From Eledone cirrhosa (Eukaryota), in NCBI GenBank assembly GCA_964016885.1, contig OZ024740.1:119288001-119352000 (forward strand): a DNA stretch of 64,000 bases, in the 5' to 3' direction. The translations under genes were made by a program, and so were the position numbers. Each line of letters starts with the position of its first letter. Positions within the stretch are counted from its first letter, which is position 1. This document shows positions 1-13,114 of the stretch, one piece after another. A model generated the notes under the pieces. It did not search any database. It saw nothing but the letters and a program-made list of their open reading frames with translations, and had not been told where the DNA came from.

Positions 1-44
1 CCTCCTCCAAAATGTCTGGCCTTGTGCCTAAATCAGAAACCATT

Positions 45-231
45 AGCAGTATCGGTAGAGGGTTGGATGCCATGCTTTCTAGCATAGTTACGTACCTTTA
101 CGGTCTGAGTTCAAATCCCGCCAAGGTTAACTTTGCCTTTTATCCTTACGGGTCGATAAAATAAAGTACCAGTAATGTACTGGGTAATTACTGGTCTTGT
201 GCCAAAAGTAGAAACAATTATTATTATTATT
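45..231 (+). mobile_element. tRNA-derived SINE (family A), (ATT)n tail
   Basis: A-box-like GCAGTATCGG, B-box GAGTTCAAATCCC, central GCCTTT(C)ATCCTTACGGGTCGATAAAATAAAGTACCAG block (Nin/Deu-like), tail GAAACAATTATTATT; same sequence recurs about 15 times in the window. Confidence 0.85.
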
Positions 232-960
232 GTCAAATTGTTATCCCAGTCAATGATGTTGTATAACTGAAAGGTTCGCCCAAATAAACATCAAGCTCCT
301 ACCATAGATATTCAGGATGTATTGGGGGTCCTTACAGTTCCCAGCAGACATGCCTGTTGATGTGTTCAATAAAAGGGGACTCACTTAATATTCTTTGGCT
401 AGCCTTAGAAACTTTTTTAGATATTACCTAGTGCTCCTGTGAAAATGGGGATGCCATTGATCACATGACAGTCCCAAATCCTTTTCAGTCCTAATATTAA
501 ATCCTGGTACTGGTTAACTTTCTCCTTTTCCTTTTCTCTCACATTTACGTCAAAGGGGCAAGCTAAATCTATAATCAAGCAACATCTTTTTTCCTTGTCA
601 AAAATCACCAGATCAAGCTTATGTTTTAATTATTTTTCTGTTTGTATCCTTAAATCCTACAACACCATATCTGGCTTATGCACATACCATTTCTTTGAAT
701 GGGGTATATTATTCAGTTTGCCTAAATGTCAGTGGGCCACTTTTCCAACTATATCATGCTTCCATCCTTTACAATGAGTCTGGGCTAAGTGTTTACACTT
801 GCATACAATGTGAGCCACAGTTTTCTCTCTCTCTCATCACAGATGCTACAGAGTGGTGTAGCCTCCTCTTTATCAATATGATGTTTCACCCACTTCATTC
901 TAAAGGCTTCCTCCTGTGCAGCCAGTAGCATTCCTTCTGTAGATGGCTTAAGGTCCCCTT
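232..960 (-). mobile_element. R4/Dong-like RLE non-LTR retrotransposon, 3' fragment
   Basis: ORFs 785-1078 (WKWLKKGDLKPSTEGMLLAAQEEA...CSICDE) and 417-608 (IIDLACPFD...EKEKVNQY...PIFTGALG) are zinc-knuckle and restriction-like endonuclease motifs; homologous to the copy at 13241-16550. Confidence 0.85.
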
Positions 961-2284
961 TCTTTAACCATTTCCATGTCTTCAGATCTTTATTATTATT
1001 ATCATTTCCATTATTATTTTTATTGCGCATCATTACTGCTTTACCGAGCACAACTCTGTGTGACTTGGATATGAGCAATGTAGTTTTTGCTGATGTTGTT
1101 TCTATTGTATTGATAGTAAATTTCGTAATATGTGTGCCGTGCCTTGTAGTGCTATCTTTTGTATGCTGTATATATTTTTAAGTCCTGGGGCTTTGGTTTT
1201 GTATTTGTCTGTATTGTTTTTATCATTCCCAGAGCACCCATTATTATAGGTACAAGAAACATATATGCCTGTTCATTGAATAGCAGAAAAGAAGACAAAC
1301 AATTACACTTACCAGATACTTAATAGTAAGAATACAAGACTAATATTTTTCAATTGTAAAGAAACGTGATCAATAACTGTGGAAGGATGGTAAATGGTAC
1401 CATAAAGTGTCCCCGAATATTGTTTACCTCCAGACAGCGGTAGAACGGTCCCTTCATTCTCTCTCCCACCCACTCTCACTAACTCACACTCTTTTTTCTT
1501 TCTCTTGTTCAGCTTACCATCACTTGGAAAACATGTATATTTCAGTAATGTTTACCTACGCTATTACGTTCTCACTCATAAAATTGAACCTCTAGCCAAC
1601 CTTACATATGACTTGCTAGAAATAGGAGTCGATTACCCTCTAAATTGCACCCACTGCCTTAGGTAATGTGGTCCTACGTTCACTGTGTCCACAAAAACAT
1701 AAGTCTACTCTACCAAGCCTGACCTTGCTTCTTCCTTACTGGATTAATGTTTTATTTCTGGCCTTTTAAAACAATGTATCATTGTCCGACAAAAATATGC
1801 ATAGTCTTCGTTTTTGTTTTGTTTTTCTGCCTAGATGTGATATCAGCAAGTTATAATAAAAAGAAGACAGAAAACGACGATTGCCAAATTAAAAAGTGTG
1901 GGAGAAAACCCCACACACAATCACATACCACATGGAGTGCGGGAGCCACCCTCTAGGCAAGCCAATACATTCGCAGCATTACTCTGGTTATTGCGAGGGT
2001 AAGGCTCTGGAATAACCTTACACCATCGCCTGCATCAGTTTACAATTGGTTTACACATTTACAAGAGAGAGTTTAGCAGCATGGAATATAAATGTTATTG
2101 AGGCACGAGTAACATAATAATGATATCAACAGCAGAAATTAGAGATGAAATGTATGTTTATTTTTGTTGTAGCACAAATAATGTTGGTTAACTTGTATGA
2201 TTGAAGTTACACATAAAAATGATGTTACAAAAGGGAATGTGCCATTGCGCCGGAAAGCCGGCAGGCTAAGGTGCAAAATCTCAC

Positions 2285-2506
2285 CGTCACATGTTGTACG
2301 TGTTGCTGGTTCGAAGTTCCTGGTGCGAGAGAGAGATTCTTCAAATCTTCGCGGGTAATTTCTCTCTCAGGACGCGTAGGGATACATCCTCTTCTACTGG
2401 CCAAACCACGCACAGAGAATGTATGTGAGCCCGCGGAATGTAGGTCCCTACAAGAGCTTTGTAAATTACGACTTTTTATTGCAATGAATTGTGTTAACAA
2501 TCTTGC
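2285..2506 (-). CDS. candidate intact coding exon (74 codons, phase 0-0) of an unidentified gene
   Basis: Acceptor ATAATTTTAG|GCA at 2506, donor ACG|GTGAGA at 2285, open frame ARLLTQFIAIKSRN...QQHVQHVT, CpG-rich, not repeated in the window; no family recognised. Confidence 0.4.
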
Positions 2507-2850
2507 CTAAAATTATTTTTCTAGTATTTATTAAGTCATTTCATACATAACTTAGTTGTCTTTTTATTCAACAATATTATTTAATAAATGATTTTAGTGT
2601 ATTGATTGCGGGGATCAATAAAATAAAGTACCAGTCAAGCACTGGTGCCGATATAAACAAGCGTTACCTTCTTTCATTTAAGGCATGAGGTTTGTTTCAT
2701 CACTTTATTCCTGGGAAATGGTCATTTGCTGATGAATTCGGTACATCTAAAATTTCATCAATGGTAATTTTTAATTATAGGAACGTGGAAAGTGAAAATG
2801 AATTTATTACGACTATAATAACGAAGACCATGTTGAATGATTATTATGAC

Positions 2851-3250
2851 TGGTGGATTGGCAGTATCGGTAGAGGGTCGGACGCTATGCTTTGCAGCAT
2901 AGGGTTACGCTCCTTTATGATCTGAGTCCAAATCCCGCCGAGGTTAGCTTTGCGGGGTCGATAAAATAAAGTACCAGTAATACACTGGAGTTGATTTAAT
3001 CGACTTTCCCCTCCCCGAAAATTGCTGGCCTTGTGCCTATAGTAGAAATTATTATGACTAGAACGGGATGCTGGTTTTGTGACACAGAGTTACGGCCCTT
3101 TATAATGTGAGTTCAAATACTGGCGAGGTTAGCTTTGCCTTTCATCCTCATGGAGTTGATTGAATAAAATGTCAGTAACGCACTGGGATCGATTTAATCA
3201 ACTTTCTCCTTCCACTTGAATTGATGGCCTTGTGTCAAAAGTGGAAACGA
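2851..3250 (+). mobile_element. two SINE family A copies (second more diverged)
   Basis: TGGATTGGCAGTATCGGTAGAGGGTCGG head, B-box, GTCGATAAAATAAAGTACC block, GTAGAAA tail; second copy from ~3064. Confidence 0.75.
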
Positions 3251-3552
3251 CGATAGCAAACTCACTTTAAATTTGTGTTAGAAATAGTTATAACAACATA
3301 AATTAAGAAATACACTACAGAGAACCCATTTTAATCGGCTAATTAATAACTGATTTTATTATTAATAACGTAAATTATAAAATATATTATAATCTTTTTT
3401 TACTAACTGTACCCGTAAAAATTCGAGCAATAGTTAATTGTATTTACTATATGTGTTTATATTTATGTTTATATTTTCATTCTGAAAGAATTGTGAACAA
3501 TTTGTAGTGTTATCTATACAACTGTGAATAAAAATTGTATCATTATTAGAAA

Positions 3553-3940
3553 GGGCGTGGATTGGCAGTATCGGTAGAAGGTCGGACGCCATGCTTTCCA
3601 GCATAGTTACGTCCCTTTACGATCTGAGTTCAAATCCCGCTGAGGTTGACTTTGCCTTTCATCCTTACGGGGTCGATAAAATAAAGTACCAGTAATGCAC
3701 TGGGTAATTTGCTGGCCTTGTGCCTAAAGTAGAAACAATTATTAGAAAGGGCGGTGGATTGGTAGTATCGGTAGAGGGTCGGACGCCATGCTTTCCAGCA
3801 TAGTTACGTCCCTTTATGATCTGAGTTCAAATCCCGCTGAGGTTGACTTTGCCTTTCATCCTTACGGGGTCGATAAAATAAAGTACCAGTAATGCACTGG
3901 TTAATTGCTGGCCTTGTGCCAAAAAGTAGAAACAATTATT
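3553..3940 (+). mobile_element. head-to-tail dimer of full-length SINE family A
   Basis: Two near-identical ~190 bp units (3553-3743, 3750-3940); ATTATTAGAAAG occurs before, between and after them. Confidence 0.9.
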
Positions 3941-4019
3941 AGAAAGAGAGGTAAAGTGGAAGAAGACCCGCACACTCAATAACACACAAAGGGCGCTGGA
4001 GTTAACCTCTAATAATTTT

Positions 4020-4310
4020 TTATGCGAGCCAACACACTGGCAGCATTGCCACGGGTGATATACAGAACATATTGCTGGAATAACGAACCACTTTCGCGTG
4101 CATCACCTGATACGTCGATGAAGCTAACCACCAACAATGACAAAAACCTCATTGTCAACAGTCCAACTCCCCAAAACGCCTCTAATGTCACAGACTGAAA
4201 ATAAATGACTTAACGGTAATTTCTGCTATTTTAGAATCTAATTCCGTTCAACAACGGATCCTGTGGCCCGCGCCTTCGCCGTATCACCCAGGATGTGGGA
4301 AGGAACCAAC
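4020..4310 (-). mobile_element. CRE-like RLE retrotransposon 3' fragment (degenerate)
   Basis: LEAFWGVGLLT...GDARESGSLFQQ...ITRGNAASV, homologous to 4870-5375. Confidence 0.7.
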
Positions 4311-4869
4311 GAGTTCATTGAACCTTTTCCAATGATTATTTATTTACAAAATCTACATCAATAGAAAACAAATATTAGCCATATATAACAAGATAACCCC
4401 CCCCCAAAAAAAAAAAAATTAAAAATGTAATTAATATCTTTCTTAATTACATTAAAAACACTAATAATAATAATTTAACACGGGCAACTACAAGATAACA
4501 AACCTGTTGTCTTATTGCTTAATTCCTTTTACATAAATATGTTTGAAACATCTTTCAGCTCAACTAAGATTTGAACTTAATTCAACAGTTTTATATATGT
4601 ATAGAAGGAATACTCTCTTTCGATACCGGAATGAATTAATCAAAAGATTGAACATATAAACAAATTTACAGTAGAATAACATAACAAATATGTTTTAAAT
4701 ATATACATAAATAACATTACAAATGTTGAGATAACATTATAAATTGCTTGCAATTCTTTCAGAAAGATATATTCTTTTAATGTTACAGTATTAAAGAAAC
4801 TGTAAAGTAAGGGGTGAACAACTGAGCCAACACCAGAGCAAAAGACAGCAGCGTCGCAAGGTGTACCGG

Positions 4870-5375
4870 GCAACCTCTCTAATGATTTTGTAGGCAAGCC
4901 AGCCCACTTGCAACGTTGCCTCGGGTGTTGGCGAGGCTAATGCGCTGGAACAATCAAGCGCCCTCGCGAGATTCGCCAGCCACCTCTATTAGGCGAGCCG
5001 CCAGTGAAGAGAGGAACCTCGCAGTTAGCGGCCCGACTTCCCCAAACGTCTCGAAAGCCACAGGCTGAAAAATGTAGCTGGCCGACAGATCACAGTATTT
5101 GAGGGTCTTACTCCGCTCGGCTACGGAAGCCGTGGCTCTCGTCCTAACCGCATCATCCAGGATGTGGGAAGAAGCAAAAAAGTCACTAACAGTGACGTCC
5201 CAGACAAGGTATCTGCCTATCGACCAGGGACACAGGGTAAGGGGGTCAGGGATTTTGCCGTCACCTCTGGACAACCTAAATGGTTCTAATATTGAGGGGA
5301 TGTTTGCCCGGGCCAAAGCTCTCTTGAGAATGAGGTTTAGCTTCGTGTGACGCGCGAGCGGCCGGCATTCAAATT
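4870..5375 (-). mobile_element. CRE-like non-LTR retrotransposon restriction-like endonuclease fragment
   Basis: RH..LN.ILKRAL...EP..LSRGDGKIPD..T..PW..G..LVWDVT...E..K..KY...FQPVAFETFG...QRISLA..RGN pattern (PD-(D/E)xK RLE); clade assignment from motif memory. Confidence 0.8.
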
Positions 5376-5724
5376 GAACTGTTCTGATAGACATTTTAAA
5401 ACAGAAATATTTTGAAGCATATTGCTAAGTTAGTAACAAAATGATTTATGCCGTTAAATTTTGTGAACACTGAAATATGAACGTATACACATGAAAGGAA
5501 AAGCAAAGGAAAAAAGAGTGCTCTATGTATAGAACAGAGCTATTTAATTAGAAAGTGACAAGAAATCTTTGGTAATGGAGTAATATTTTGTGTTGGTCAA
5601 TTTCTAATTACACACAGACACAAACACACGCATACCACACACAAATTGTCCCCCGAATTTAGTGAAGCTATTATTAATCCTCCTCGGATGAAGTAACTTG
5701 CAAATTCTTCGTCATTCTGGAAAT

Positions 5725-5900
5725 GCACACACACACACATACACACACGCACGCACGCACGCACACACACACACACACATACACACACATACACACACAT
5801 TTAGAGAGCGAGATGTAGACAGGTCTGTAGGCAGACATGTAGGTTAGCAGGTAGATAGATCGATATGTAGGTAGATAAGTAGGTAGGTAGAGAGATAGAC
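5725..5900. repeat. (CA)n/(GCAC)n and (TAGG/TAGA)n microsatellites
   Basis: Direct reading. Confidence 0.9.
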
Positions 5901-6354
5901 GATAGTGTGGTTATCTGTATATGTGGCTGTGCGTATGTATGTGAAGGTGTTGAAATAAGGAAAAGATAATTTACTACAGTACCAATGATTCAATCCACAG
6001 GTATATATTATTTTTACCATTGCATAAGTACATAATCACTCACACACGTACATATACATGTGTTGTGTTTATGTGTGTATATATATGTTCCCCCGTTGTT
6101 CTTCTTCCTCTTTTCCTTCTTTTTCATTCCTTTTTCTCTTCTTTTCCTCCTGGCCTTTTGATTAAGAGAGGGCCTCGGGCGCACCACTACAGATGTCCTG
6201 TAAATAAGCGTCGAAACATCTGGATCGCGATTTAACAGCTGACGAAGGATTGTTTCTTCTCATCTCCTCTTGTTCCATCCAAACCAACATTTGAAACCTT
6301 TTCTTTTAGTAACCACACAGCTCCTTTCGTTTCTTATCATTATATATATATATA

Positions 6355-6520
6355 ACGAAGGGAATGTGGTAAGGAACCATGTGGACCATAACGCACCAAA
6401 GTACTCAATACTTAGGGTAGTAGAGTGGGTAATAGGAACGTTTCGACGGCTAATTCTGGACTACGTCCAGAATTATCCTGTCGAAACGGCTTGAGCTCAG
6501 CCGTCGGGGTCCTACTCGTT

Positions 6521-6522
<2 letters not shown>
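6355..6522. mobile_element. palindromic mini-element in a (TA)n tract, copy with left-arm deletion
   Basis: Near-identical to 63348-63551 but lacking ~30 bp of the left arm; (TA)n on both sides. Confidence 0.8.
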
Positions 6523-6576
<54 letters not shown>

Positions 6577-7223
6577 CATATGTGTGTATGTGTGTATATA
6601 TATATATATATGTATATCTATGTGTGTGTATCTGTGTGCATATATGTGTGTGTTTATGTCCGTGTGTGTGTCTCATGATTGCAATGTTGAGAGTTCGAAT
6701 CCCATCAGTGCATTGTGTTCTTGAGCAAGACACTTTATTTCGCCTTTCTTCTCTCCAATGAAGTAAAAAGAGTGTACTCTGCCAGTTAGTCGAAGAATCA
6801 ATGTAGTCCCGCCCTGAAACTCTCCGTTATACGTGTCTATGCAATGCTCAGATACTCTCACCTTAATTTCAGGCAGTTCCATTTGAGAAACCTGGCTCGA
6901 AGAATCCTCGTCGCAAGCGATAGGGTACCATCATACATATGAACACATAGACACACACACACGTTTCAAAGAGAATAAAATAGATCGATAAAATAAGTAC
7001 TAGATTTTAAAATATATGTATACTGGAATTGAGGTCAAGAAAATCCTTTAATCGTGGTGCCCTAGCATGGGCATATTCCAACGTCTGAAACAAGTAAGAT
7101 AGTGTGTGTGTGTGTGTGTGTGTACGTACGAGGGTCGTATGAAAAGTTCAAATCTTGTGGCTGATTATGAAGGATTGATGCTGTTGCTGTGAAATCTTGC
7201 ATCCATTAATTGCAACACTTAAG

Positions 7224-7412
7224 GGCCGGGGATTGGCCGTACCAGTAGAGGATCGGTCGGTATAGTTTGCAGCATAGTTACTGCTCTTTACAGTCTCAGT
7301 TCAAATCTCACCGAGGTTAACTTTTCCTTTCATCCCTATGGGATCGATAAATAAAGCACCAGTAATGCATTAGGATAATTGTTGGCCTTGTGCCAACAGT
7401 AGAAACAATTAA
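7224..7412 (+). mobile_element. SINE family A (diverged)
   Basis: Head, B-box CAGTTCAAATCTC, central block and GTAGAAACAATT tail. Confidence 0.8.
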
Positions 7413-7528
7413 TTTCAACTCTTCTCATTAATAAATGCATTGTTTATTTCCAGGGACTTTCGAAATCTCGGGCGGTTTTCTGCTAGCATATATAGTGTGC
7501 ATATTGGTATTATACGCAAATATATATT

Positions 7529-8052
7529 TGAGGATTGCCCCGCCCTCTTTCTTTAGCCGGGAAGGGCAGGCAATTTTTATCTGTCTGGTGGCCATGGCGA
7601 AAAAGATAGTATGGTGGACGTGTTTAAAAGGGCCGAAGACGAGCACTTATCTCTACGGCGATGCCCTGATTAACTTTTTCAAATTTCATTTGAAAAGGAA
7701 AATCAGGGTTGAGAAGGAAGTGCTCTCTTCCCAGCATTTTGTTGAAAGATGGGTGAGAGAGGTAAGAATGGTCCGTGTGAATGGGCCTACTCTGAGTATG
7801 TGCCTGTGCATTGAAGGTGGAAAACTGGGAGAGGGCACTTGCTCTGGTGGTCAGTGTCCCCGTGGCTTTTTTAATGGGCTTTCTCCACGAATGTCCCTCG
7901 GATGTCTTCCCTCTATTGGGGAATTTTTTGTTACATCCTGTTTTTTTTTAAACGCAGAAATGTAACGTCCTGTATTGTCCTGTATTGTCCTTAATGTCTT
8001 ACTTTGTGTAAACCCTTGTGGTTAATAAAGAAAGCATTATTATCATTATTAT
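7529..8052 (+). mobile_element. 5'-truncated Tx1/L1-like LINE (3' end of ORF2 plus 3'UTR)
   Basis: Near-identical to 12516-13060; AATAAA then ATT-repeat tail. Confidence 0.9.
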
Positions 8053-11000
8053 TGGCGACCTACGTAAGAAATCGTATCATCGTGAGCTCCGCAAAGGTTT
8101 GTTATTTTCAGTTATTTAAAATTGCTATTCATGGACAAATTTATTGTTAACTCTATATAAGTGCACATACATTGATTTCTGAAATGGACACTCAAAAATA
8201 TTGGAGCCTTGAGCCCAAAATTTAAACGTTTTATAATTATCAAACAAAAATCTTTCTTTGAAAAATAATGGATTACTCAGAGTCACTCCTTCCTCACAAT
8301 CCAACACCTCACACCGAGACCACCATTGTAAATATTGCTACGTTTGCTAACACTGGAATTGTAAGCAGTAGCAATATTTTAAATTTGTCTCAGGCAGACG
8401 TTCATTTCCCGCCATTATCAATGACTGCAGGTGTTAAAGCCGTGACTACCACCACCGCGACAACAACCACTCCCACCACCACCACAGCAACAACAGAAAC
8501 AAAATAAAAAATAAATCAACTCATGATATCGAAATGAATTCAACCAAAATGAACTCTTCCACACCGAACACCACTGACGCCACCACCACCACAACTGAAA
8601 CTAAAATTAACAATAGCAAAAATGACGATAATAACAACAGCAACAATGAAATTAAGAAAACTACCCTGAGTTTTGCCAGAGTAGCAAAAACGTGCGAAGC
8701 GATCCAGGTACCGCAGGAAGAATTAGACGAAGCCAAAGGAATGGTAAAGAAAGATGGGTACAGGGTCAGCCTCACCCCCACCCCCCACCTAATAAAATGG
8801 AGCAACGTCGCCTATGCACCGTGTCTTATCAGACAATAAACATAAAATCGCGCCGAGTAGAACAGGCATCTGAGTCCCAAATCCAAAAAGCTTTGGGACA
8901 TGTGTGGGCAAAATAAAACCACAGCAGACGTGGGAAGAAGTATGGAACCGTGGACGTGTTCTTTGAAACACCACAGGAGGCCAGAGAACACTCCATGGCC
9001 CATTAAGAAGTGACGACTTCACACTCATCTCAAGCTATTGTGGCCAGAAACTTGTGAAGATCAGGGTGACCCACGTTCCACCGGCCATCGAAATTCCCTG
9101 TCTAATGGCTGCCGTCCTCGCAGGCATCGAGGCCAACACCAAAATAATAGAAATAGCAAAAGAAAAGCAGGAAAACTGGTCCGGATCTGGGATGGAGCTC
9201 CTGATCCAAGCGGACCATAAAAGCATTGACGAGATCCCAGAGGTAATAGACCTCACTGACGGCAGCCACCTCACCGTAATCGTCGAGGGCAGAAGACCTA
9301 GGTGTGTCGTTTGTGCCCTCAGGCTAAAAGGTTAAAGCCACCTCTCTTACCCACCCTATTGACTCAACCATCAACACCACCAGCAGCAGAAATAGCAGCA
9401 ACAACAAGCAACTGTAACAGCAACAACCCCAGCAACAGTAGCAAAACCAACACCACCACCACCCAACGCCCCAGATCTAGCACCAACGCCTACACCATCC
9501 ACCACGCCACAACCAAAAAAACGCCTATGGAGGATTTTCCACTCCTCGGCTGGAGACAGATTGTGACGACGAGGAGTGGGAAACGGTATCAGGAAAAAAG
9601 AAAAAAAAAAGAAACCAAAAAAGAAAAAATTCTCTTCCTTCCCCCTCAAAAAACAAAATACAGAGGGAAACAAATAAGCAAACAAACAAAAAAGTTAAGA
9701 CAGCTATGCCGCCACCAACAACAGCATTACCAGCACCATAACCACAAACACCAACACCATCACCATCATTAACCCCATCACCACCATCACCAACATCCCA
9801 AAGGTCACCAAAAAGCGAAACAGAAACAAACCCACAACAAACGCAAACAAAACAAAACAACCAAAACGATACACACTACACAGCATTAAATTTGAACAAC
9901 AACCAATTATTACACTACAAGCAACACAACACCAGCATCACAGAAAAAAACTACACAACAACCCAAAAGTTCACACAACCTCCACATATAGCGTTTTGAC
10001 CTGTCTGACAGGTACCGAATGGATTTCCCGAATGTGCCAATGTGGAGTTGGACAAATCGCATAGGGTCATCCAGATCATATCTAGATAGAGTATTTTGTA
10101 GAGAAATAGATAGGTCTAGCATAGGCTGTCCACAATTAAAGATAGTCAGCTACACGGACCACAAATTCGTGATCCGTGTGCTTGACTTAGATAGGCTTCA
10201 TAGACGAGGACCCGGCTACTAAGCTAAACGCGTCCTTACCAGCGTGCAAGGCCTACAGAGACCGGATTAGCGAACTAGTTAAGCGGGCGTTGACGGAGGC
10301 CATAGTCAACAACAAGTGGTGGTTTGCTCTGAAAAGAGCAATTAGAATAGAGTCCATTAGGTTTAGTAAGGCTTTAGCAATACAGAAAAATAGAGCAGAG
10401 GGAGAATTAGTTAGAAAATTAGACGAGGCGCTTAGCAAAGGCATCGCGACCGACGTACTTGGCGAAATTGGCCCTTGACCAATTCTTCAATGCAAAGCAC
10501 GAAGGCTGCGTTGTCAGAGCCAGGGTGCGTGCTCTCAGACACGAGGGGACGAAAGATGTTCAATGGGCACGAGTGGCGTAGGCGCGTCGTGGCAACAAAG
10601 CCACGATCCGGTCTTTGGTGGACCACGACGGGCGCATGCTACTCGATCCCGGGCAAATGTGTGAAGCTTTTCAGCAACACTTCGCTCAGTTGTTCGGGGG
10701 AAGCGGCGGGCCGGATCGAGGGATGGACTTTAGTGTCTACCTCGACATACTGCCGCGGCTATCGGCCACTGAGGCGGAGTGTTGCGAAAAGCCGATAACA
10801 GCCGCTGAAGTACGGGAGGCAATGCTTGGCTGCACAAGGGGTAAATCGCCTGGTTTGGATGGTCTGCCTTATGAACTTTACGTACAGATGCCAGACTTTT
10901 TCGGAGGCCTCTTGGCGGACGTCTACTGCAACTGGCAACAGAACGGCAGAATTCCCAGCTCTGTGAGCCGAGGAGCTGTGACGCTGCTGAGAAAGGATCC

Positions 11001-13060
11001 GAACAAGGGGGATAACATAGATAATTTTCGGCCTATAACTCTGCTAAACACAGAGTTCAAGATTTTGGCCAAGGTGCTAGCAAGGAGGTTGGCGCTTGTC
11101 GTTGGTGGTCTGGTGGGAGAGGCGCAGACATGCGCCATTCCCGACAGATCCATCCACGACAACCTCCACCTCATGCGATACATCATAGAGAGGGTAGCTA
11201 TGGAACTTGGCACGGGTGGGTCCTTGATCAATTTAGATCAGTCAAGAGCTTTCGATAGGGTCGACCACTGTTATCTAGCGGCAGTCCTGAGGGCGGCTGG
11301 CTTTGGGCCCATCTTCAGAGGCTGGATCGCTGCCATGCACAGCGACATCTGCTCTGTGGTGAGAGTGAACGGTCACTTTTCCGAACCGTTCAACATCATG
11401 CGCTCGGTCCGCCAAGGATGTCCCATCTCTTCCCTCTTGTACGTATTGACTCTCGAGCCATTACTGCACAAACTGGAGACGTTGAGGGGGGGTCCCGCGC
11501 GAACTAGGATGCGGAAGATCTGTGTCAGCATATGCGGACGATGTCACCGTAGTGGTCTCGAACGCCAAACACATCGAGGCGATCGGCGCTACACTAAAAG
11601 AATACGAAGCGGTGACAGGAGCAATGATCAACCAGGAAAAGTCAGTGGGCCTGCAGCTCGGCACCTGGAGAGGCAGGTCCATGCCGTCCAACAGCGTCGT
11701 CGGGCGCTGGACGGACGGACCAGTTAAATTGCTCGGGGTCTGGTTCGGTCCGAATCTCCAGACGGACAAAAACTGGGACGAGGTGACGAGCAGGGTGGCT
11801 TCTCTCACCCAGAAATGGGCCGAGAGGAAGCTATCCCTGAAAGGTCGAGCGGAGGTGGCTAGCGCGTACATCGCGTCCGTCATCTACTACCGCCTGACCG
11901 TCGTACCTTGTCCTAAGCCCCGCCTGACTGCGCTGGAGCGTTTGCTCTTTCGCTTTTTGTGGAAGGGACGCGCTCCGATGGTCAGGCATTCCATCTGCTG
12001 TCAACACCCGCTTCGTGGAGGCTGGGCATACCGTGGCTGATGATGCGCAGACACGCACTCAGGCTACGACATCGCCACCTCTTCCTCGACGGTGATCAGG
12101 TGTGGGCGCCGTTTGCTAGACGCGCCTTTCCCCAGCTTGTCTCCTTGACGGAGCTGCAGTCCTGGGTCATGCGAAGACCGAGAGTGAGCGCTTGGAGACT
12201 GGAATGCTTCAGGCGCTCACAGCCCTCGACCAATCGGGCAATGTGATCGGTGGAAACTCAACCTTGGCGTTCTATAGAGGATTAGTGGAGGGGAAGAGCG
12301 ACGACGTACTTGGGGAAACTCTAGCCGTCGACAAAAATCGTCTAGCCAATCTCTTCGGAAGAACTTTCGGGCCGGGGCCTATGGACAACTTCCAGAAATC
12401 CCTGGCCTGGCAGTGCTACCGAGGAGCTTTGCCAGTTCGGGATAAACTCTACAGGTTTATGTCGAACACCTGCTGTCGCGTGTGGGACGGATCCAGCTAT
12501 CAGCTGAGTCCATCGTGAGGATTGCCCCGCCCTCTTCCTTTAGCCGGGAAGGGCAGGCAGTTTTTATCTGTCTGGCGGCCATGGCAAAAGAGATAGTATG
12601 GTGGACACGTTTGAAAGGGCGGAAGACGAGCACTTACCTCTTCGGTGATGCCCTGATTAACTTTTTCAAATTTCATTTGAAAAGGAAAATCAGGGTAGAA
12701 AGGGAAGTGCTCTCTTCCCAGCATTTTGTTGAAAGATGGGTGAGAGAGGCAAGAATGGCCCGAGTGAATGGCCCGATACTCTGAGTATGTGTTTGTAAAT
12801 TAAAGGTGGAAAACTGGGAGAGGGCACTTGGCATGGTGGTCAGGGTCACTGTGGCTTTTTAATGGCTTTCTCCACGAATGTCCCTCGGAAGTCTCCCCCT
12901 ATTGGGGAATCTTTTCATTTTTCTATTATTACATCCTCTGTTTCTTGTTTTTTTTACACGCAGAAATGCCCATTTGAACCGCCCTGTATTGTCCTGTACT
13001 GTCCTTAATGTCTACTTTATGTAAACCTTTGTGGTTAATAAAGAAATCATTATCATTATA
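8053..13060 (+). mobile_element. near full-length, disrupted Tx1/L1-clade LINE (ORF1; ORF2 APE C-terminus plus RT)
   Basis: ORF1 fragments 8268-9990; APE C-terminal motifs SRSYLDR and YTDH at ~10070-10165; RT motifs KSPGLDG, FRPITLLN, DQSRAFDRV, RQGCPIS, YADD (~11531); frameshifts and stops; AATAAA plus (ATT)n tail. Confidence 0.9.

Positions 13061-13114
<54 letters not shown>

Noticed and set aside
3553-3650. tRNA gene
   Set aside because: A/B boxes are present but no full cloverleaf is evident; it is the head of a multi-copy SINE
10615-12040. Retron, DGR or group II intron reverse transcriptase
   Set aside because: APE remnant upstream, L1/Tx1-type RT motifs, and a polyA signal plus tail identify a non-LTR retrotransposon
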